A stretch of DNA of 64,000 bases from an uncultured Verrucomicrobiae bacterium. Its GTDB lineage: Bacteria; Verrucomicrobiota; Verrucomicrobiia; Chthoniobacterales; Chthoniobacteraceae. Below, piece by piece: positions 29,975 to 40,355 of this stretch (the stretch's first letter is position 1; every line of letters starts with the position of its first letter). Where the stretch lies: NCBI GenBank assembly GCA_963828525.1, contig CAWHEP010000010.1, positions 256,001 to 320,000 on the forward strand, written 5' to 3'. The notes below the pieces were generated by a model. That model was given only the letters and a program-made list of their open reading frames with translations. It did not search any database and had not been told where the DNA came from. Made by a program: the position numbers and the translations under genes.

Positions 29975-32900
29975 ATGACTTTTCGGAAACAAACCCTCCT
30001 TGCCGCGCTGTTGACGGGGCTCGCGCTGTCGCCGCTCACGGGTTCCGCAATTGATCTGAACGGGGATGGCGTCAGTGACATCTGGCAGATGATCTATGGC
30101 AGCTCGTATAGGCCGAGTCAGGACACGGACGGCACAGGTATGACGAACCTCCAGAAAAGCCTGGCTGGTCTTGATCCCAGCAATCCGGCGTCGGTCCTGC
30201 GCGTCTCCAGCGTGTCGGTTTCTGGCTCGAACCTGGCGGTGACGTGGCCTTCTGTTGCCAACAAGCTCTACCAACTACAGTCCAGCCCCACGCTTGGCGG
30301 AGGCAGTTGGGTAAATACGGGAACGCCGGTTGTTGGGACTGGGGCGCCCCTCACGAGCGCTGTGGCGACGACGGGAACGAACATGTTCTTCAGGGTCGCC
30401 GTGGCGGACATCTACAGTAACGGAACCGGCCTGAGCGACTGGGAAGCGGTGCAGCTCGGGTTGAATCCGGCGAATCCCAATAGCAATGGGCGCCTGGATG
30501 GGAATGGACAGCCAATCAGCGACTACAATTATGTGGTGACGGCGTTGAGTTCGTCCAACAGCGTCTCGATCTTTGCGACGAAGCCCGGGGCCACGATCCC
30601 GCTGGCTAATCCCGCGTCGGATAGGGCTACTCTGACCCTGAGCCGCACTGGAAACCTGAACGCCATCACGGTGAACCTGGCTGTGTCAGGGTTGGCGATT
30701 CCCGGGGTTGACTACGCTGCTATTCCGACATCCATCAAATTCCCTGTGGGAGTGAATACCGCGTCGATCAGCGTTTCTCCTCTGGCGACATCCGGCCTCC
30801 TGGCTGGCGCGCCAGTGACAGTAACTGTGATGCCTGATCCCAGCTACCAGGTGGGCAGCCCCGCAAGCGATTCAGCGGTGATCTATCCATCGTCGAATCC
30901 TACAGGAACCGGACTGACGGGTCAGTATTTCGCAAGCTCCAGTCCCACCTATACCGGGACAGCAAATTTTAACGCGGGCACTCTCAAGGTCGCGCGAACG
31001 GACCCGCAGGTGAACTTTTACTGGGGGCAGGGTCAGCCCTATCCAGCGGTGAATCGGAATAACTTCTCCGCGGCGTGGAAAGGGCTGCTGCTGGCGCCAA
31101 CCACAGGCGGGTATGCTTTCGGAGTGCAAGCCGACGCGGGCGCGCGGGTGTACGTGAACAACCAGCTCGTCATCGACGCGTGGGCGGCGGGCAGCTCGAC
31201 CGCGGCGCCCCTGTTCACGAGCACGAGCATCGCGCTTACGGCCGGGCAGACTTATCCGGTTGAAGTGGACTATTATGAGAACACCGACCCGGCCAGCATC
31301 TACCTGACCTGGCAACCACCCGCCGGAGCGTTTGCGGCGATTCCCTCCGGGAATGTATTTCAGCCAACGCATTCAGGGTCCACGGGGTGGGAGGTCAGCT
31401 ATTATAACAACGTCGCATTGAGCGGATCGGCTGCCTATTCCACCATTGAAAAAGCGGTGACATGGAATTGGGGAACGGGATCGCCCGATCCCTCGATCCC
31501 AACCACAAAATATTCGGCGCGATGGACCGGGCAGGTACAGCCGCAATATTCCGAGCCGTACACGTTCGTCACTCATACGGATGATGGGACGATGCTGAAA
31601 GTGAACGGCCAGTTGATCACCAGCAACTGGAAGGATCAAACGGGATCTGATGTCGCGAGCACGACGATAAACCTGCAAGCGGGCGCGCGATACGATTTGC
31701 AAATGGACTACTTCCAGGACGGGCCGAGCAGCGCGCAGGCTTATCTTTCCTGGTACAGCCCAAGCCAGCCACAGCAGATCATTCCCCAAAACTGCCTGTA
31801 TCCATCCGCAGTGTCTTCGGCGCCATCCGTCATCACGAGCGCCACCACGGCAGTCGTGCTGATTGGAGGGAGCTTTAACTACTCGGTTGCGGCGAGTAAC
31901 ACTCCCACCGGGTTTTCGGTCTCTGGCTTGCCTCCAGGGGTTACTTATAACGCGACGAGCAATACCATCAGCGGCACAGTCGCGCAGGCTGGGCGCTACA
32001 ATATAATTGTCACCTCCAGCAACTCGCATGGAATGGGTTCCGCTGCGATAACGCTGAACGCGATCAACACGGGTGTGGCGGTCACCAGGCAAGTGTGGAC
32101 GGGCGTTCCCGGGACACTCATCGCATCCATACCGGTGAAGACACCGCCGATTGTGACCGGCACGCTTGCCTCGCTGGAGGGCTTGTCGAACTACGGGACG
32201 AATTACGGGGAGCGTATCTATGGGTACCTCACGGCTCCGGTTACAGGGAACTACTATTTCTGGATCGCCGGAAGCGACACGGCGGAATTATGGATCTCGA
32301 ACGATGGCGAACCGGTGAACCGAGTGAAGAGGGCTTCGGTGGGGCCCGGAACTGCTTCCCGGGTTTGGAACAGCGAGGCTGGGCAGCAATCGGCGTGGCT
32401 GGCCCTTACGGCGGGGCAGAAGTATTACATTGAGGTTCTCCACAAGGCGGGTGGCGGAGGAGGCGACAATGTCGCGGTAGGATGGCTGCGGCCGGACCAA
32501 GTTGGGAGCGGGCCGAGCGAAGTGGTGCCGGGATACGCGCTTTCCGCTTATACTCCTCCTGTGTCCAGCGCAGTGCCGGGGACACTCTACAGCGCGACGC
32601 TTCTGGCTCAGCAAGGCGTCGCTACGAAAGGGGTCGGCACGGCGACGATGATTGTCAGCCCCGATCAATCGCAGGTCACGATCGCCTATAGCAGCGCGAA
32701 TCTGACATCGGGAATCACGGACACCCAGGTCCAGTCGGATCCTTATCTCACAAACGGATCGCAGGTGCTGTTCGATATTACGAAGTTCGTGAAACAGAAT
32801 CCTGATGGCTCCTACACATTCAAGATCGTTCCTGTAGGATCCCTTGGAGCAGCCGATGTGCTGGAGATCATTAATGAAGGCAAGGCATACCTGACAATTG

Positions 32901-35311
32901 GGACGACCAATAATGCGGGGGGAGAGATTCGCGGCAATTTTACGCTTGCGAATGGTTCGCAGACGTTTACGCCTCCCCCGGCTCCGCCGACGTTGTCGGA
33001 TGACCACGGCACGGACGCAGGGGCGTCGCGGTTTTTGGCGCAGGCAACATTCGGCCCCACCCCGACGGACATAGCGAGCGTGAAATCGCTCGGTTACGAC
33101 GGATGGATTACCAACCAGTTCGCGATTCCGGCCACGCATCATCTCAATTACGTGCTGGCAAACCCGAACCCATACCAGTCACCAGCCTACCCGGACACGC
33201 TCACCTTCAACTCCTGGTGGCAACAGTCGGTCAGCGCTCCGGATCAACTCAGGCAGCGGGTGGCGTTCGCCTTAAGTGAGATCATGGTCGTCTCCGACGT
33301 TGGCGCGCTGAACAACAACGCCCTGACTCTATCCAGCTACTACGACACCCTCCTGGACAACGCGTTTGGGAGCTATCACGATCTTCTGAAGGCGGTGACG
33401 CTTACTTCCGCGATGGGTAACTATCTCAACATGCGCGGCAATGATAAAGCCAACTATGCGGCCGGGCTGCACCCAAACGAGAATTACGCGCGGGAGATCA
33501 ACCAACTATTTTCGATTGGACTCTACAGGATGTGGCCGGATGGAACGCTGGTGGAAAACTCCGCTGGAAGCCTGGTGCCCACATACACGCAGAGCACGGT
33601 GCAGGGATTCGCGGCGGCGTTTACCGGCTGGAACTACCACCAGGCAAACCAGGGGAATGGCCGGCTGCCTAGTAATTGGTATCCAGGCGCGGATTACACG
33701 AATCCCATGGTCGCGGTGCCCGCCCATCATGATCGGGGCGCGAAGCTTTTGCTCGATAACGTGGTGCTGCCGCCCGCGACGGTGATACAGGCGGACCCGA
33801 CGAACGTGGCGTATGACGCGTACGCGACCGGGGACATGGACGCTTCGCTGAACGCCATCGTGGCGAATCAAAACGTGGGGCCTCTGATCTGTCGCGAATT
33901 GATCCAGCGACTCGTGACGAGCAATCCGAGTCGCGACTACCTGTACCGCATCGCTCAGGTATTCAACGACGACGGGACGGGAGCGCGCGGGAACCTGCAA
34001 GCCGTGATCAGAGCCATACTGGAAGACTATGAAGCCCGCAGCCCGGACGCGGCGTCGCAGCCAACCTTCGGGAAACAACGCGAGCCACTGATCCGCGTCA
34101 CGGCTCCCTCGCGCTACTTCGCCTCAACCCTGTCCCTTAGCGGGTCGTACTCACAAGCTGGGGCGCCGCAAATACTGATCACGACGGGTAGCGCAAATCG
34201 TCTTTCAAACAACGATACGGTATTCCTCAACTTCACCTCGGGGAGTCCGCAGCCGTTCTCGGGGGCCTATCGGGTGAGCAACGTCACGCCCAACAGCTTC
34301 GCGGTCACAGCCGCTGGGCTGACCACTGGCACTTACGGGCAGGTGGGGAGCACCATCACACTGAATATAAATCCCGGCCTTCCTGTCGGTGGCTTCCTTT
34401 ACCTTGCGTTCACTTCGGGTGGCGCCGCGAGCGGCGTATACGCGATCACCTCGCTTCCGGACGCTTCGCACATGACGGTTACCGCCCCGGATTCCGTCAA
34501 CCGCTCCGGAAACGTCGCCCTGGAAAAGTTCAATGGCTCTTTCGTGGTCGCCACTTCTGGCTCGTCACAACCTGTCATCACACTCACCACGAGCGTGAAC
34601 CACGCGCTGAATGCCGGCGACCCGGTTGATATTCAGTTTACTTCCGGCACCGCGGTAAGCGGCACCTATTCTGTCGTATCGGTAGCTGACCAGACTCATT
34701 TCACGGTGGCGGGAACAGTTGGGGTCGGCGCGCAGTCGAACAACAGCCTATCGATTTTTCCGCTGGTTCCACCGCCTCTCACGCGCTCGGGCGCGGTGAC
34801 AGCCGCGACGAGCACCTGGAATATGGGTCAGACTGATAACAGCGTCACCCAGACACCACTTAACGCGCCCACCGTGTTCAACTATTTCTACCCGGGCTAC
34901 CGCTTTCCGGGAGCTATTGAATCGGCCGGACTAACAACACCCGAGTTCCAGCTTACCAATGCGACGAGTGTCATGGTATTAACCAACTACTTGCAGGCTG
35001 GCATACTCGCATCGGGCAACACGACGGGACTCACGAGCTTCAATTCCGGGAATGGGGCAATCGTGATGGATCTCGCGCCATATCTTTCAATGACAAGCGA
35101 TTCGGGCATACCCGGTCTAGTCACGTTGCTAAACAATCAATTGATGGGTGGCTCCATGAGCTCCGCTTTGCAGAGCGACATTGTCGGGTATGTGGCCAAC
35201 ACCGCAAACTTCCCCTATAGTTCGCCGCCGACGACCGTGCAGCAACGGGACCGGGCGCGCGCGGTCGTTCACCTGTTGCTGACTTCGCCGGAATTCGCAA
35301 TCCAAAGGTAA
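29975..35311 (+). CDS. Giant secreted DUF1800-family protein with Calx-beta-like, three PA14, Ig-like and CHRD-like domains
   Basis: Signal peptide; PA14 motifs (GLTGQYF..FSAAWKG, YSARWTG..TDDG, YGERIYGYL); GGEIRG CHRD end; ASRFLAQATFGP, DQLRQRVAFALSEI, PNENYAREINQLFSIG, LLTSPEF. Confidence 0.9.
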   Translation: MTFRKQTLLAALLTGLALSPLTGSAIDLNGDGVSDIWQMIYGSSYRPSQDTDGTGMTNLQKSLAGLDPSNPASVLRVSSVSVSGSNLAVTWPSVANKLYQLQSSPTLGGGSWVNTGTPVVGTGAPLTSAVATTGTNMFFRVAVADIYSNGTGLSDWEAVQLGLNPANPNSNGRLDGNGQPISDYNYVVTALSSSNSVSIFATKPGATIPLANPASDRATLTLSRTGNLNAITVNLAVSGLAIPGVDYAAIPTSIKFPVGVNTASISVSPLATSGLLAGAPVTVTVMPDPSYQVGSPASDSAVIYPSSNPTGTGLTGQYFASSSPTYTGTANFNAGTLKVARTDPQVNFYWGQGQPYPAVNRNNFSAAWKGLLLAPTTGGYAFGVQADAGARVYVNNQLVIDAWAAGSSTAAPLFTSTSIALTAGQTYPVEVDYYENTDPASIYLTWQPPAGAFAAIPSGNVFQPTHSGSTGWEVSYYNNVALSGSAAYSTIEKAVTWNWGTGSPDPSIPTTKYSARWTGQVQPQYSEPYTFVTHTDDGTMLKVNGQLITSNWKDQTGSDVASTTINLQAGARYDLQMDYFQDGPSSAQAYLSWYSPSQPQQIIPQNCLYPSAVSSAPSVITSATTAVVLIGGSFNYSVAASNTPTGFSVSGLPPGVTYNATSNTISGTVAQAGRYNIIVTSSNSHGMGSAAITLNAINTGVAVTRQVWTGVPGTLIASIPVKTPPIVTGTLASLEGLSNYGTNYGERIYGYLTAPVTGNYYFWIAGSDTAELWISNDGEPVNRVKRASVGPGTASRVWNSEAGQQSAWLALTAGQKYYIEVLHKAGGGGGDNVAVGWLRPDQVGSGPSEVVPGYALSAYTPPVSSAVPGTLYSATLLAQQGVATKGVGTATMIVSPDQSQVTIAYSSANLTSGITDTQVQSDPYLTNGSQVLFDITKFVKQNPDGSYTFKIVPVGSLGAADVLEIINEGKAYLTIGTTNNAGGEIRGNFTLANGSQTFTPPPAPPTLSDDHGTDAGASRFLAQATFGPTPTDIASVKSLGYDGWITNQFAIPATHHLNYVLANPNPYQSPAYPDTLTFNSWWQQSVSAPDQLRQRVAFALSEIMVVSDVGALNNNALTLSSYYDTLLDNAFGSYHDLLKAVTLTSAMGNYLNMRGNDKANYAAGLHPNENYAREINQLFSIGLYRMWPDGTLVENSAGSLVPTYTQSTVQGFAAAFTGWNYHQANQGNGRLPSNWYPGADYTNPMVAVPAHHDRGAKLLLDNVVLPPATVIQADPTNVAYDAYATGDMDASLNAIVANQNVGPLICRELIQRLVTSNPSRDYLYRIAQVFNDDGTGARGNLQAVIRAILEDYEARSPDAASQPTFGKQREPLIRVTAPSRYFASTLSLSGSYSQAGAPQILITTGSANRLSNNDTVFLNFTSGSPQPFSGAYRVSNVTPNSFAVTAAGLTTGTYGQVGSTITLNINPGLPVGGFLYLAFTSGGAASGVYAITSLPDASHMTVTAPDSVNRSGNVALEKFNGSFVVATSGSSQPVITLTTSVNHALNAGDPVDIQFTSGTAVSGTYSVVSVADQTHFTVAGTVGVGAQSNNSLSIFPLVPPPLTRSGAVTAATSTWNMGQTDNSVTQTPLNAPTVFNYFYPGYRFPGAIESAGLTTPEFQLTNATSVMVLTNYLQAGILASGNTTGLTSFNSGNGAIVMDLAPYLSMTSDSGIPGLVTLLNNQLMGGSMSSALQSDIVGYVANTANFPYSSPPTTVQQRDRARAVVHLLLTSPEFAIQR

Positions 35312-35313
35312 CT

Positions 35314-36719
35314 ATGGCATTTACACCCTCTTCACTCAAAACCCGGCGGCAGTTCATTCGGCAGGCGGCCTGCGCCGCGCTCGGGACATGGGCGGTAACG
35401 AACACCATTCGCGATCTGCGTCTCGTGAATGCCGCAATGGCCCAGACCACGGTGAGCGACTACAAGGCGCTCGTCTGCGTCTTCCTGCAGGGGGGGAACG
35501 ACTCCAACAATCTCATCATCCCCACGCTGCCGGGGGAGTACAAGAATTACGCGGCGATCCGCAGCCCGGTCCTTGCCATTCCCGCGTCGGCCGTTCTGCC
35601 TCTAAACTCGCTGAATAGCGACGGGCATCGTATGGGCTGCATCCCAGTTGCGCGGGCCTGCAGACTCTCTTCGGCGAGAAAAAGCTCGCGCTTCTTTTTA
35701 ACACGGGAACTCTCGTTTACCCAATCACGCGCGCGCAATACCAGAGCCACGGCGTCGCGACGCCGCCCCAGCTTTTCTCTCACGCCGATCAGGTGACGCA
35801 ATGGCAGACGTCTATACCGGATCAGATTCCGACGACTGGCTGGGGTGGCCGTTGCGCTGATCTTCTGAACGCGGTGCAGCCGGACGCGCAGATCTCCCTT
35901 TCAGTAACGCTTGCGGGAGCGAATACTTTCGAGGTGGGAAACATCGTTTCCCAGTATTCTGTTTCGACAAATGGAGCAGTGGCGCTGGCGGGTGTGACGG
36001 GTCCCGATCTAGCCGCGTTTCAAAAAGCGCTGGGTATCGACCAGCCAAACCTGCAGGCGCAGTCGTATTCTACAGTTTTGAACCAGGCGCTGGCGACTGG
36101 CAGCTTGTTAACCGGCGCGATCGGCGCGACTTCTTCGCCAAAGTATTGGACTGTGCCATTCCCCAATTCGGCATTAGGGACTCAGCTACAGATGATCGCG
36201 CGCCTCATCCAGGCGGGGCCAGCGCTCAACATGAAGAGGCAGATATTCTTTTGCCAAATCGGTGGATACGATCTTCACAATGGACAAACGCAAATCACCA
36301 ACGGCGTTCCTATCACGACGCAGGGATCCCACGCGGTGCTGCTCGACGAAGTCAGCCAGGCGTTCCTCGCTTTCCAGCGGGCCATGGAGCAGATGTCGCT
36401 CTCGAATCAGGTTACCAGTTTTACGGCGAGCGATTTTGGGCGCACCTTTCCAAGTAACGGCTTTGGAAGCGATCACGGGTGGGGCAGCCATCATTTGGTG
36501 ATGGGCGGCGCGGTGCAGGGTGGAAAAACGTATGGGACTTTCCCGACGTTGACAGTGAATGGCCCTGACGACACCAGCACAGGACGGTGGATTCCGACGA
36601 CAGCGGTGGATCAATACGCTGCAACACTCGCCACGTGGTTTGGAGTGTCCGCGTCCGATCTTGGAACGGTCTTCCCCAACCTGGGGCGTTTCAGCAGCCC
36701 AAACCTTGGCTTCGTTTGA
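35314..36719 (+). CDS. Tat-exported DUF1501-family protein; apparent 1-nt deletion at ~35628
   Basis: TRRQFI Tat motif, DYKALVCVFLQGGNDSNN, YGLHP (after frameshift), GGYDLH, SDFGRT, GSDHGWG. Confidence 0.9.
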
Positions 36720-37333
36720 ACGATAGACGGCTTCCCCGCATAGCGGTGAGCGCGGTAGTCGCCGCTGGCGTCGTTGGAATATTCTGGTTCACCCGGCACG
36801 CGCCGATCTCGACAAGAAATGCCGTCGAGCCGGCTCTGAGCGTTGTGTCGTCGCCAGTCCCGGTCGCCGTGCCGTCTCCAGCGGTTGACGGGAACGTGCC
36901 TGCACAAGGGCCGGGCGGCGGGTCTCAGCGGGTCGGAAGCAGCGCCTCGAATGAGAGCGCGGGCCCGCGAATAGATAGCGCGACGTCCGCGGTTATACCC
37001 CCCGAAGGCGTGGACGCCGCAGTTCCGGCTCCGCTCGCGCCAGCGATCGCGATCGAAGCGTTGCACACTTCGATTCAGAAATATGGACTGACCTTCCGGG
37101 GGAACCCGGTTGGAACAAACGCTGAAATCACTCGCGCTCTGAACGGGGACAACCCAACGCATTCCAGGTTTCTGAGCGATGGCGATGGTCACCGGGTCAA
37201 TGGCGCGGGTGAACTCGTTGATGAGTGGGGCACGCCCTACTTTTTCCACCAGCTTTCCGCGACGCAGATGGAGGTTCACAGCGCGGGGCCTGACCGGCAG
37301 ATGTGGACCCGGGATGATTTGATTATCAAGTAA
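36716..37333 (+). CDS. Membrane-anchored protein with T2SS GspG-like C-terminal domain, copy A
   Basis: TTG start overlapping DUF1501 stop; single TM, Pro-rich linker, GELVDEWGTPY..SAGPD..WTRDD. Confidence 0.7.
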   Translation: MNDRRLPRIAVSAVVAAGVVGIFWFTRHAPISTRNAVEPALSVVSSPVPVAVPSPAVDGNVPAQGPGGGSQRVGSSASNESAGPRIDSATSAVIPPEGVDAAVPAPLAPAIAIEALHTSIQKYGLTFRGNPVGTNAEITRALNGDNPTHSRFLSDGDGHRVNGAGELVDEWGTPYFFHQLSATQMEVHSAGPDRQMWTRDDLIIK

Positions 37334-37346
37334 GTGGGGTTGGGAG

Positions 37347-38597
37347 ATGGAAACCTGTCGCGCAATTAAGCTGGCTGCAACGTCCGCGGATGATCGTCGC
37401 GATTTGTGGTCGACCGTTATCAATACTCTCCGTCTGTCGACGGCCGTAGAGGTCGGTGTCGCCGCAGGCGCTTTCGCGCGGCACATCCTCGAAGAGTGTC
37501 CGACTGTATCCAGCTACTTCATGATTGATCCTTGGCGGCATCTCTCCAACTGGAACAAGCCCGCGAACAAGACGGACCGCGAATTCGTTGGGATCAGGGA
37601 ACAAGCCATGGCCGTGACGGAGTTCGCCAGAGATCGGCGGATCGTTTTAGAGGGCGCGACGGCGGAAGTTTCGCGTCGCATTCCGACCAAGAGCCTGGAC
37701 TTTGCATACGTCGACGGAGATCACACACTCAGAGGCATCACGATCGACTTGACGCAAATCTGGCCGAAAATGCGGCCTGGAGGCATCATCGCGGGCGACG
37801 ACTTCTGCTCCTCGATTTGGCAGCACGGGCAACAGTTCGAGCCTACCTTCGTTTTTCCCTGGGCCGTCCACTTCGCCGAAGCCATGGATTCCCCGATCTT
37901 CGCTTTACCGTTTAATCAATTCGCAATAATCGTGAATTCTTCTGGTGGCGACCGCTTTTCGTTCCACGATCTCACCCTCAACGACGCGTATTCCTCAACG
38001 ACCGTCCGGGAAGCGCTTGCAGGGAGAGAAACTGAAAGGTCGCAATTTTCGGCACTCTACGGGGATTTTCGCTTTGAGGAAGACTGCAGGAATCACGAGA
38101 TTTCCGGGCTTGCGAAAGAGTCTGGCCGCATCAGAGGCGAAATTGTCAAAACACTCAAAGAAATCACTGGCACGCCGTCCAGGATCCTGTTGCCCGGGGA
38201 CAGTAACGCGGTCAAATACGCGTACGCGGAACTGTTTGGGGTCTCCGAAAGCCAGATCGTCACGGCGGGACTGTCGGATGATGTTGACTACAAGTGGAAT
38301 TTCGAGGTTGACCCACCGCTATTCGGCAAATTCGACTGCATCGTCTCGCAGGCAATGCTTGAGCACTTGGTGCATCCGTACAAACATGTTTGTGATTTAG
38401 CTGATTCGCTAAATACTGCGGGCTACCTGGTCCTACACACGGTATTACCGGGCTTCGCATACCACAGATTTCCCGTGGACTGCTTCCGATTCTTCCCCGA
38501 CTGGTTTGAGGAACTATCATCTCGACTACACCTCGAGGTCTGTGACAAGTACATCGGTGAGTTGAGGATCATGTATAAGTACAAGAAGGCTGGGTAA
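37347..38597 (+). CDS. Two-domain class I SAM-dependent methyltransferase (Methyltransf_24-like + second MTase domain)
   Basis: VEVGVAAG, FAYVDGDH, PGGIIAGDD; second domain FDCIVSQAMLEHL..YHRFPVDCFRF. Confidence 0.85.
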   Translation: METCRAIKLAATSADDRRDLWSTVINTLRLSTAVEVGVAAGAFARHILEECPTVSSYFMIDPWRHLSNWNKPANKTDREFVGIREQAMAVTEFARDRRIVLEGATAEVSRRIPTKSLDFAYVDGDHTLRGITIDLTQIWPKMRPGGIIAGDDFCSSIWQHGQQFEPTFVFPWAVHFAEAMDSPIFALPFNQFAIIVNSSGGDRFSFHDLTLNDAYSSTTVREALAGRETERSQFSALYGDFRFEEDCRNHEISGLAKESGRIRGEIVKTLKEITGTPSRILLPGDSNAVKYAYAELFGVSESQIVTAGLSDDVDYKWNFEVDPPLFGKFDCIVSQAMLEHLVHPYKHVCDLADSLNTAGYLVLHTVLPGFAYHRFPVDCFRFFPDWFEELSSRLHLEVCDKYIGELRIMYKYKKAG

Positions 38598-38668
38598 TTG
38601 ACTCCGAATCGTTCAAGGCATTGGGACTTGTTGGGCTTACGTGAGGTGTCGAATCGAGCGTTTCTGAC

Positions 38669-40243
38669 GTGAGTCAACGTCAATACCCTGATCTGCCCGA
38701 AGTAACCGGGGCCACGCCCGCGCGCCCGCTTAGCTTCGTAGTCGTCCGTTATTCGGACGATTATTTCCACAATCTCCTGCGCTCGGACTGCGTTCAGGAT
38801 CCAGTCAACCAGCTCATCACGATCGACAACCGCTGCAATTTGTTTTACGACAACCTTGCTGAAGCGATCAACGCGGGTTTGGATCAGGCTGAGCACGAGT
38901 TAATTGTGGTCGCGCATGAGGACGTCTTGCTTCCCCGAGGATGGCAGCAGCAGCTCGAACGATCGCTCGCCGAACTTGAAAAAGTGGATCCGAACTGGGG
39001 TCTCCTGGGCTCCGTGGGATCTACCGAGGGCGGCGAGGACAAAGGACATTGGAGCGATCCCCATACCTATGCGAACACGTTCGGGGAGAAAAGCTTCGAG
39101 CTCGTGGAGCGTATCGATGAGCAGTTGATGATCCTGCGGCGATCACATGGTGTCCGTCTGGATTGTTATCTGCCGAGCATTCACCACATCGGCCGAGACG
39201 TGCCATCAACACTCCGTCAGCGGGCTTTGAACACCTACGTTATCAACGCGCCTACCATTCATAAGTTCGCTGACGACACTGGGAATCGCATCATGCGCAG
39301 AGAGGATTCTCCCAAGATACGCGCGAGGCTGGACCCCGCCTTTGTGGCTGACATGGCGTGCTGCGACGAATATCTCCACTGGAAGTGGCCCGACTGGAGG
39401 ACCGTTGGCTTTCAGGAGCCGGACTGGAGCGAGGACGTCTTTCGGCAGGAAGTGCTGTCACGGATTTCACAGCCGATCGTGCTGCTCGCCCGGGGCGGCT
39501 CGGGATCTCGACTCCTGTCCTGGCTGGCGGAGGACGCAGGAATCGATTTGGGAAATGACATCAACGCGTCGGGCGACGCGATGGAAATGGTTCAGGCTAT
39601 CTATATGGGCGCGCTGAACAGGTACCAGCACCGCGCTTCGTGGCAGCAGCAGCGCATTGCGCCCCGAATCCGTTTGGCGGCAGCTCGGATGCTCGAGCGG
39701 ACGGCTTCCACGGACGCTCCGTGGGGGTTCAAGCTGCCGGAGAGCATGCTCCTTTTGCCTGAGATTCTACAGGCCTTCGGGAAGGCGCGCTGCCTGCACC
39801 TTGTTCGAGACCCTCTGACCACTTGCCTGCGGCGCACCCACATGACCGCGCGGTTCGACAACGCGATTGGTCGAGTAGCCATTCGCGCCGCCTATCGCTA
39901 CTGCGGCCGCGACCTGGAAGAGAGTCTGAAGGACTCCCCCGCGCTTCGCATGGCCTATACCACGATTCATCAAGTCAAGACCGCGCGTGACTTCGCGCGC
40001 GCTCACCTGGGCGGCCGATTTCTGGAGATCCGCTTCGAGGATCTTCTGCAGCGCCCACGGGAGATGGTGATGGAGGTTGCCCGTTGGCTGGGAACACGAC
40101 CACGAGATAGCAGCAAGCTCGAACGCGAGGTGAATCCCGACCGGGCCGCTCGGCCAGCAGCGGAGTATCGCTATTCGCCGGAGGTTGAAGAGACCGTTAC
40201 GGAGATCCTTGCGCCGCTGCGTCGGGAGCTCGGCTACATATAG
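38669..40243 (+). CDS. GT2-like glycosyltransferase / sulfotransferase fusion
   Basis: AINAGL..IVVAHEDVLLP (GT-A) then LLARGGSGSRLL, WGFKLP, HLVRDP, IRFEDL (PAPS sulfotransferase). Confidence 0.75.
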   Translation: MSQRQYPDLPEVTGATPARPLSFVVVRYSDDYFHNLLRSDCVQDPVNQLITIDNRCNLFYDNLAEAINAGLDQAEHELIVVAHEDVLLPRGWQQQLERSLAELEKVDPNWGLLGSVGSTEGGEDKGHWSDPHTYANTFGEKSFELVERIDEQLMILRRSHGVRLDCYLPSIHHIGRDVPSTLRQRALNTYVINAPTIHKFADDTGNRIMRREDSPKIRARLDPAFVADMACCDEYLHWKWPDWRTVGFQEPDWSEDVFRQEVLSRISQPIVLLARGGSGSRLLSWLAEDAGIDLGNDINASGDAMEMVQAIYMGALNRYQHRASWQQQRIAPRIRLAAARMLERTASTDAPWGFKLPESMLLLPEILQAFGKARCLHLVRDPLTTCLRRTHMTARFDNAIGRVAIRAAYRYCGRDLEESLKDSPALRMAYTTIHQVKTARDFARAHLGGRFLEIRFEDLLQRPREMVMEVARWLGTRPRDSSKLEREVNPDRAARPAAEYRYSPEVEETVTEILAPLRRELGYI

Positions 40244-40355
40244 CGGCGGTTTTGTAAATCCATCCCGGCGATGGCGCATGAAGAGGAGGCGCGCGATTAG
40301 CTCGTCGCATAACTGGAGAGCAGATCGGAAGGTGGGGCTGAGCCCATGGGGAAGC

